A stretch of 64,000 bases of DNA from Bacteroidales bacterium (GTDB taxonomy: Bacteria > Bacteroidota > Bacteroidia > Bacteroidales > WCHB1-69). A program made the position numbers and the translations under genes. This document shows, piece after piece, positions 57,768 through 64,000 of this stretch; within the stretch, counting starts at the first letter, position 1, and the number at the start of each line of letters is the position of its first letter. The notes below the pieces were generated by a model. That model was not told the origin of the DNA and searched no databases. It saw only the letters and a list, made by a program, of their open reading frames with translations. The stretch is taken from positions 980-64,979 of the forward strand of contig JAEEKX010000045.1 in assembly GCA_016288655.1 (NCBI GenBank). Reading direction: 5' to 3'.

Positions 57768-58406
57768 ATGGCTCGCACCATTTTCCAATTTCGACGACTT
57801 GTCCCCAGCATGCTGCTGCTCATCTTCCTGATGCTGGCACGGTCCGGCGTGGTGGCGCAGTCCTCCTCCAAGACGGAGTGGCAGCAGCAACGGCTCTTCA
57901 CCTCCCTCGACGAGGCGCTGAAGACACCCACGGAAGTCTATCGTCTGAAATTGAAGATCAAAGCCGACTCGTTGCCGGAAGAGGTGTTTCAACTCACTAA
58001 TTTGCAACAACTTATTGTTTCGCGCTCCCGTCTGTGCATGCTCAACTACCGCATCGGGGAATTGACCCATCTGCAATACCTGGACGTGTCGGCCAACCAG
58101 TTGGTGCGGCTGCCCGACGAACTCTGCAATCTCGTCGAACTGAAGGAGTTGATCATCAACCGAAACCATATCGAGGCCTTGCCTGAAAATATCGGCAATC
58201 TGCTGTCCCTCACCTACATAGATGCATGGGACAACCCGCTTTACGAACTCCCGCCCTCCATCGCCGACCTGCGCTACACGCTGCTCGAACTCGACCTGCG
58301 GCAGGTGGAGTTGCGCGACGAGGAGTTGGAGGCGATGGAGCGGCTGCTGCCCGCCACGCGCATCCAATACACCTCCACCTGCGACTGCCACAGCAATCGG
58401 AAGTGA
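57768..58406 (+). CDS. Secreted leucine-rich repeat (LRR) protein
   Basis: It has a signal peptide and then about six 23-aa LRRs ('LTNLQQLIVSRSRL', 'LTHLQYLDVSANQL', 'LVELKELIINRNHI', 'LLSLTYIDAWDNPL'). Confidence 0.8.
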   Translation: MARTIFQFRRLVPSMLLLIFLMLARSGVVAQSSSKTEWQQQRLFTSLDEALKTPTEVYRLKLKIKADSLPEEVFQLTNLQQLIVSRSRLCMLNYRIGELTHLQYLDVSANQLVRLPDELCNLVELKELIINRNHIEALPENIGNLLSLTYIDAWDNPLYELPPSIADLRYTLLELDLRQVELRDEELEAMERLLPATRIQYTSTCDCHSNRK

Positions 58407-58409
58407 GAG

Positions 58410-58451
58410 GTGATAGGTTACATGTTATAGGTTACAAGTGATAGGGCGCCG
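58410..58451. repeat. Three tandem 14-bp units (GTGATAGGTTACAT / GTTATAGGTTACAA / GTGATAGGGCGCCG)
   Basis: The units start 4 nt after the LRR stop codon. ATAGGTTACA is exact at 58413-58422 and 58427-58436, and GTGATAGG is exact at 58410-58417 and 58438-58445. Confidence 0.8.
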
Positions 58452-58847
58452 GCCGGGCTGTCCGCTTTACTTCACTTCGCGGCTCTTGCGGCCGTAAGGG
58501 TGTCGTGCGGCTTCCGGTGGTCGCCGCCCGGCCCCCACGGCCGCAGGTCGCCGCGCGCGTTCCGTGCCCGCTCCCATCCCTGGCGCGTGCTCTTCCGTCA
58601 CCACCGTGGAATTGCGCGGCAAACCACCTGCCGGCTCCGTCGCACCTGCCCCCGTGCCGCGCCGCCGCCGTCGGGAAACGTGCCGCAGGCGGCAATCGTC
58701 CTATTGAGCTGGATCCCCTAACGGGAATCGCTCCAAGTCTATCGGCATGGAACGGGCGCGTTTCACCACCCGGGCATTTTCAATTCTCTATTCTCTATTC
58801 TCCACAACCCATTCCCCCTCTAATCCCTGAAATCTGAATCCTAATCC

Positions 58848-59519
58848 CTACACTAAATACTGCCACACCCCGACGAACTGCAGCAGGATGCCGATCAGCA
58901 CGAATACGTGGAAGACGAAGTGCATGTACCGGCGGCGCTTACCGATAAGGTAGGTGACCGCTCCCACCGTGAAGGCCACGCCGCCTGCGATGATCCAGAG
59001 GAAGCCCGTCAGCGTCATCGCCTCGATGGTGGCTTTCAAGCTGATGATGACGCACCACCCCATCCCCAGGTAACAGGTCATTGAGAACTTCGAGTACTTC
59101 TTCAGGTCGATGGCGTTTAGCACCGCCCCGATGATCGCCAAACCCCACTCGATGCAGAAGATTGACCATCCTAACGCCGGGTTGACCGGGCAGATGCCGA
59201 TGACGGTGATGGGCGTGTAGGTTCCCGCAATCGTAAAGAAGATGTCGCAGTGGTCCACCACCCGCATCACCTGTTTGGGCATCCCCTTCGGCAGTCCGTG
59301 GTAGATACTGGACCCCAGAAAGGTGATGAGCACTGTGGTGAGATAGACGATGATGCACGCCGCCGCCAATGGGGTTGTACAGTCGCGCACCGCCAACCAC
59401 ATCATCACGGGCACGCACAGCACCCCGAGGGCGTGGCTTGCCGAGTGCAACATCTCCTCGCGCGGGGTGTAGTCGGGAAAAGGCCGTTCGCGCAACGGCG
59501 TCCGTCTTACGCTTGCCAT
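58848..59519 (-). CDS. Hemolysin III/PAQR-family membrane protein
   Basis: It has seven hydrophobic segments, 'HSASHALG', 'SSIYHG' and 'VDHCDIFF'. The start at 59519 is preferred over 59555 because it minimises overlap with thiD. Confidence 0.75.
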   Translation of the reverse strand: MASVRRTPLRERPFPDYTPREEMLHSASHALGVLCVPVMMWLAVRDCTTPLAAACIIVYLTTVLITFLGSSIYHGLPKGMPKQVMRVVDHCDIFFTIAGTYTPITVIGICPVNPALGWSIFCIEWGLAIIGAVLNAIDLKKYSKFSMTCYLGMGWCVIISLKATIEAMTLTGFLWIIAGGVAFTVGAVTYLIGKRRRYMHFVFHVFVLIGILLQFVGVWQYLV

Positions 59520-60331
59520 GACGTGCGCTGTTGGTTCAACGTCCATTGATGCCACACCGGTCCGTGACCGTGGCCGATGCGCATGCCGGCGCCCTGCCGG
59601 ATGGCTTCGGTGACGTAGGTCTTGGCGTGGCGCACGGCCTCTACCAGCGGCTCGCCCGCCCCCAAGCAGGTGGCGATCGCCGACGACAAAGTGCAGCCCG
59701 TGCCGTGCAGGTTCTCGGTCTCGATCTTCTCATCGGAGAAGCGCGTCAACTGACCGTCGGCAAAGAGGATGTCGCACATCTCGCCGCCCGCCAAGTGTCC
59801 GCCTTTTACCAACACGCCGGTGTTGTAGCGGCGCGACAACTCCTCTGCCGCCGCCGCCATCTCCTCCACCGTCCGCACAGACCGCTCCACCAACAGACTC
59901 ACTTCGTGGAGGTTGGGAGTGAGGATGGTGGCAATAGGAAAGAGCTCCTCACGGATGACGCCGATGGTGTCTTCCGCCATCAGCCGGCATCCGCTGGTGG
60001 AGACCATCACGGGGTCATAAACCACGTAGCGGGGCTGGTAGCGACGGATGCCCGCGGCGATGGCCCGCACGATGTCGGCGTCGTTCACCATGCCGATTTT
60101 CACCGCATCAACCTGCAGGTCGGTCATCACCGCGGAGATCTGCGCCGCTACGGTGGCGGGCGGGATGGGGTGTACGTCCTGCACGCCCACGGTGTTCTGC
60201 ACCGTCACCGCCGTGATGACGGAGGCGGCGTATGCACCAAGGGCGGAGATGGTCTTGAGGTCGGCTTGGATGCCGGCACCGCCGGAACAGTCGGAACCAG
60301 CGATGGTGAGGATGATGGCAGGTTGCTTCAT
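59507..60331 (-). CDS. thiD: Hydroxymethylpyrimidine/phosphomethylpyrimidine kinase
   Basis: It has '[21 protein letters not shown]', 'VKIGM' and '[12 protein letters not shown]'. Confidence 0.9.
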   Translation of the reverse strand: MKQPAIILTIAGSDCSGGAGIQADLKTISALGAYAASVITAVTVQNTVGVQDVHPIPPATVAAQISAVMTDLQVDAVKIGMVNDADIVRAIAAGIRRYQPRYVVYDPVMVSTSGCRLMAEDTIGVIREELFPIATILTPNLHEVSLLVERSVRTVEEMAAAAEELSRRYNTGVLVKGGHLAGGEMCDILFADGQLTRFSDEKIETENLHGTGCTLSSAIATCLGAGEPLVEAVRHAKTYVTEAIRQGAGMRIGHGHGPVWHQWTLNQQRTSWQA

Positions 60332-60333
60332 GG

Positions 60334-60930
60334 TTATTGAAGTGAGTTGATGATCTTTTGTAAATGAATGAATTGCGGAATATACTCGGCACTCGGACGA
60401 CTCCAGACCTCACCCAATACGGCGGCGCCACCGAAGCCGAATGCCGCGACTTCCGCCAGATTGTCGGCGCAGATGCCGCCCAGCGCCATCACCTTCTCGT
60501 CGATGATGCCGCTGTCGCGGGCCGTCCGCAACTGCCCGGCGTCGAAACCGGATCCGTAGCCCTCTTTTGAGATGCTGTCGTATATCGGACTGAGGAACAC
60601 GTAGTTACAGTGTTTTTTTTTCTCCGAAACCTCCGCTATCGAGTGGCACGAACAACTGACGTGGCCGGTGTAACCCGCCGGCGACTCGGAGTGCCGCCCG
60701 TTGAGGTGGATGCCCCGCAGGCCATGCCGCTCCGCCAACATAAAGAAGTCGTGGACAACGATGCGCCCGCGGTACTTTTCAGGAATCTCACGCACCAAGG
60801 TCTCCACCTCCTCCTCTGTCGCTGTCGGCTTGCGCAAGTGCAAAATTTCCAAGCCCGCATCGAACAGTGCGGTCAACGCCTTCCCCTCTTCGGGAAAGAT
60901 GGTGGGTGCGGTGATGACGATCAACTTCAT
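60334..60930 (-). CDS. thiE: Thiamine-phosphate synthase (ThiE/TenI family)
   Basis: 198 aa with 'LHLRKP', 'GIHLN' and '[13 protein letters not shown]...ALGGI'. Confidence 0.75.
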   Translation of the reverse strand: MKLIVITAPTIFPEEGKALTALFDAGLEILHLRKPTATEEEVETLVREIPEKYRGRIVVHDFFMLAERHGLRGIHLNGRHSESPAGYTGHVSCSCHSIAEVSEKKKHCNYVFLSPIYDSISKEGYGSGFDAGQLRTARDSGIIDEKVMALGGICADNLAEVAAFGFGGAAVLGEVWSRPSAEYIPQFIHLQKIINSLQ

Positions 60931-60975
60931 GATTCCTACGTGGTTATGGATTAAAATGGAGTATTGTTTTTCTCC

Positions 60976-63300
60976 TTATTCCTTGAAATGTTCCACCGCT
61001 TCCACGAACTCGAGGGCGTCCTTGGTGTAGCCGTCGGCTTGGATCTCTCGGGCGAGGATGGGTGTGAGCACAGCGCCGCCGACATAGACGGGAATGTCGA
61101 TGCCGTTGGCCTTCAGGTAGAGGTTGGTCTCTTCCATGGAGAGCACCGTGGTGGTCATCAGGGCGCTGAGCCCGATGACGATGGGATGGTACTTGCGGGC
61201 TGCCTCGAGGATGACCTCCTTGTCGGTGTCGCGCCCCAAGTCGATGACGTTGTAGCCGTACGACTCGAAAAGCACCTTGACGATGTTTTTGCCGATGTCG
61301 TGCACGTCGCCCTTGACCGTCGCGAGGACGATGTTTCCCTTGTTGCTGCCGCCCTGCGAAAACCGCTCCTTGATGACGGCGAAGGCCTCCTTGCACGCTT
61401 CGGAGGCGGAGATGAGTTGCGGGAGGAAGATCTTCTGCTGCTCGAAGTCGCTGCCGACGGTGTTAAGGGTGGGGATGAGCACGTTGTTGATGATGTCCAT
61501 GGGATGCTGGGTGGCGAGTGCCTCCCGGGTGAGGGCGATGCTGTCCTCCTTGAGACCGCGACGGACGGCGTCGGCGAGGGTGAGCGTGGAGGTGGGGGCA
61601 GGCGCGGCAGTCTGCTCCACCGACTTTTCCACAAAGTCGTCGAGGTCGTTCTTCTCTCCTCGTAATGCGTTGAATGCCAATACGGTATTTTCCATCATCG
61701 CGTTGCAGGGGTTGATGATGGGCATGGTGAGTCCGTTTTCGAGGGCCATGGCGAGGAAGGTGCTGTTGATGAGTTCGCGCTTGGGCATGCCGAAACTGAC
61801 GTTGGAGACGCCGAGCGCGGTCTTGACACCCAGTTGCTCGGTCACCATGCGCAGGGCGCGCAGGGTCTCCTTCACCAATGGCTGTTGGGCGCTGCAGGTG
61901 AGCGTAAGCGTGTCAGCCATCATGCGGTGGCGCCCGATGCCGTATTGCTCCGCTCCAGCCAGAATGCGCTTGGCGATGACCAACCGCTCCTCAGCCGTCT
62001 GCGGGATGCCGTTGTCGTCCATGGTCAGCCCGAGCACCACCGCCCCGTACTTGCGGGCGATGGGGAAGATGGCCGCCATATTGTCTTCGTTGCCGTTCAC
62101 GGAGTTGATGAGCGGAACGCCGTTGTAGTAGCGGCAGCCGGCTTCGATGGCGGCGGGGTTCGACGAGTCGATCTGTAACGGCAGCGCGGTGATCTCTCCC
62201 AACTGCGTCACCACTTTCTTCATGTTGGCGACGTCGTCGGTCTTGGGCACGCCGAGGTTGACGTCCAGAAGGTCGGCGCCGGCCTCCTCCTGCTTGATCG
62301 CCTCCTTGAAAAGGTAGTCGAAGTCGCCATTGAGGATGGCCTCCTTCAACTTCTTCTTGCCGGTCGGGTTGATGCGCTCGCCGCAGATGCGCACCTTGTC
62401 GAACACCACCACGCGGGTGGCGGAGGTGATGACAGTCTGCTTCTCCACGTGGCGTTGCACAACGGGCAGGCCCTTGTTGGCGGCAATGGCACGGATGAAG
62501 TCGGGGTTGGTGCCGCAGCAGCCGCCGATGACGGCCACGCCCTGCTGACAGAACTCCGCCATGGTGGAGGCGAAATCCTCCTGCGAAAGACTGTAGGTGG
62601 CCTTGCCGTCCTTCAACGTGGGCAGTCCGCGGTTGGGCTGCACCAGCACCGGCTTGTCGCTGTATTGCAGCAACTCTGCAACGATGGGGCGCAGGTCATC
62701 GGGACCGAGCGAGCAGTTGACGCCTACAGCGTCGGCACCCATGTTGCTCATCAGTTCCGCCATGATGCGCGGCGACGTGCCCGTGAGCGAGTGCCCCGTG
62801 GCGTCGAAGGTCATGGTGGAGAAGACGGGCTTGTCGCTGTTCTCCTTGACTGCCAGCAACGCGCACTTCAATTCGTAGAGGTCGGTGAAGGTCTCTAAGA
62901 TGAAGCCGTCAACGAGGTCGCGGGCCGTGACGACCATCTCCTTGAAGGCCTCGTAAGCGTCGTCGAAGGTGAGTTCGCCCATGGGGTAGAGCATCTTGCC
63001 CAACGGTCCGATGTCCATCATCACCTTCTGCGTCGTACGGAAGCGCGAAGCTAGTCCGATGGCGCTGCGGATGGCCATCGCACGGTCGAGGTCCGGCATC
63101 TTGATGCGATTTGCACCGAAGGTGTTGGTGGTGATGAAATCGCACCCCGCTTCGATGTAGCTCTTGTGGATGGCCGCGATCTGGTCGGGGGCGGTGATGT
63201 TCAGCATCTCCGGACATTTCGACATGATGCCGCGCTTCTCCAACTCGGTGCCGAAGGCTCCGTCGAAGATGAGGATGCTTTTGCCAAGATTTTCTATCAT
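60976..63300 (-). CDS. metH: Cobalamin-dependent methionine synthase, short form (Hcy-binding + pterin-binding + B12 cap/binding domains, no AdoMet reactivation domain)
   Basis: It has 'ILIFDGAFGTEL', 'GGCCGT', 'NVSFG' and the B12 motif 'GDVHDIGKNIV'. At 774 aa it ends right after the B12 domain. Confidence 0.85.
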   Translation of the reverse strand: MIENLGKSILIFDGAFGTELEKRGIMSKCPEMLNITAPDQIAAIHKSYIEAGCDFITTNTFGANRIKMPDLDRAMAIRSAIGLASRFRTTQKVMMDIGPLGKMLYPMGELTFDDAYEAFKEMVVTARDLVDGFILETFTDLYELKCALLAVKENSDKPVFSTMTFDATGHSLTGTSPRIMAELMSNMGADAVGVNCSLGPDDLRPIVAELLQYSDKPVLVQPNRGLPTLKDGKATYSLSQEDFASTMAEFCQQGVAVIGGCCGTNPDFIRAIAANKGLPVVQRHVEKQTVITSATRVVVFDKVRICGERINPTGKKKLKEAILNGDFDYLFKEAIKQEEAGADLLDVNLGVPKTDDVANMKKVVTQLGEITALPLQIDSSNPAAIEAGCRYYNGVPLINSVNGNEDNMAAIFPIARKYGAVVLGLTMDDNGIPQTAEERLVIAKRILAGAEQYGIGRHRMMADTLTLTCSAQQPLVKETLRALRMVTEQLGVKTALGVSNVSFGMPKRELINSTFLAMALENGLTMPIINPCNAMMENTVLAFNALRGEKNDLDDFVEKSVEQTAAPAPTSTLTLADAVRRGLKEDSIALTREALATQHPMDIINNVLIPTLNTVGSDFEQQKIFLPQLISASEACKEAFAVIKERFSQGGSNKGNIVLATVKGDVHDIGKNIVKVLFESYGYNVIDLGRDTDKEVILEAARKYHPIVIGLSALMTTTVLSMEETNLYLKANGIDIPVYVGGAVLTPILAREIQADGYTKDALEFVEAVEHFKE

Positions 63301-63306
63301 AACGAC

Positions 63307-64000
63307 TTAGTATTTTTCAGTAGGGGAGGAGGTGCCCGATTTCCACTGGGCGGCCCATACGCCGGCGATGGCGACCACCGCGCCTACGACCTTTAGCGGC
63401 GGAAAGGCCTCGCCGATGAAGAAGTAGGCGAAGATGCCCGTGAAGACCGGGATGAGGTTGGTGAAGGTGTTGGCGCGCGCCAGCCCGATCACCTGCATTC
63501 CCTTCACGTAAATGGTATAGGCCAGGGTGGAGCAGAGCACGGCCAGCAGCACGACGTACAACAACACGGTCGAGTTGCTGAGGTATTGGAACTGTGCGGC
63601 CAACTCCTGCGGTGAGTGCATCAGCAGCATCAACGGCAGCAACAGAACCAAGCCGACGGCGTTTTGGCAGGCCACGATGAAGATGGGGTTGTAACTGCCG
63701 GAGAGTTTCTTGAGGAAGAAACTGTAGCCCACGGCGGTAAACACGGCGCCGAAGGCGAGCGCAATGCCCAGCAGGTTGGCGTCCGCGGCGGTGAACGACG
63801 GCAGCAGCATCACCACTACGCCCACGACGGACAGCACTACGCCCACGATGTTGACGGCCGACAGCGACTCCTTGAAGTAGAACCAGGAGAGCAGCAGCGT
63901 CAGGATCGGGATGGTGGCGATGATGACCGACACGATGGTGGCGTCGGCAGTGACTTGCAGACTGTAGGTCTCGAAGATGAAGTAGAGGAACGGCTCGAAG
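63307..64000 (-). CDS. EamA/DMT-family transporter (N-terminus outside the window)
   Basis: The frame stays open to base 64000 ('...FEPFLYFIFETYSLQVTADATIVSVIIATIP...'). The composition is polytopic and Gly/Ala/Val/Leu-rich. Confidence 0.75.
   Translation of the reverse strand, partial: FEPFLYFIFETYSLQVTADATIVSVIIATIPILTLLLSWFYFKESLSAVNIVGVVLSVVGVVVMLLPSFTAADANLLGIALAFGAVFTAVGYSFFLKKLSGSYNPIFIVACQNAVGLVLLLPLMLLMHSPQELAAQFQYLSNSTVLLYVVLLAVLCSTLAYTIYVKGMQVIGLARANTFTNLIPVFTGIFAYFFIGEAFPPLKVVGAVVAIAGVWAAQWKSGTSSPTEKY

Noticed and set aside
58432-58837. Three overlapping ORFs (58432-58695 minus, 58500-58721 plus, 58505-58837 plus) in the GC-rich stretch.
   Set aside because: They are mutually exclusive, Arg/Pro/Ala-dominated, and lack start context or any motif. 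I treat the region as non-coding (see the corresponding finding).
60931-60975. I looked for a TPP riboswitch upstream of thiE.
   Set aside because: The spacer is only 45 nt and contains no CUGAGA / ACCUGA-type conserved elements.

Overview
This is a chromosomal segment from a high-GC member of the Bacteroidota, probably Bacteroidales. The evidence is many TAnnTTTG -7 promoter boxes, the gene order rpmD-rplO-secY-map-infA-rpmJ-rpsM-rpsK-rpsD-rpoA-rplQ, and ABC-2, RND and Wzy gene content. Most of the window is ordinary core genome: translation, secretion, sufCD, the primary sigma factor, prfA, ftsY, peptidases, efflux systems, glycogen metabolism, thiamine genes and metH.

The clearly accessory part is the left edge (1-4063). 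Two AT-rich islets sit there. One ends in an AIPR-like abortive-infection ORF that is cut by the window start. The other is a single Schlafen/AlbA_2 + HATPase_c_4 gene. They are separated and followed by two diverged direct copies of a decayed pfkB-kinase remnant that is ATGA-coupled to an intact TSCPD (TIGR03905-like) gene. I read this as repeated island insertion at one hotspot.

Other points worth a second look:
- a 1410-aa fusion of a GT3 glycogen synthase and an alpha-glucan phosphorylase
- an exported FMN-binding domain fused to a flavin-reductase domain
- a BKACE-SDR pair joined to sufC-sufD, with no sufB
- a ribosomal supercluster that starts abruptly at rpmD behind a purine/G-run leader
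- a roughly 440-bp non-coding stretch (58407-58847) with no annotation, containing tandem 14-mers and a very GC-rich core
- a Nudix-vsr pair with no adjacent methyltransferase

I saw no CRISPR array, rRNA gene, transposase or integrase in the window. All family assignments come from motif recognition by eye, not from database searches.
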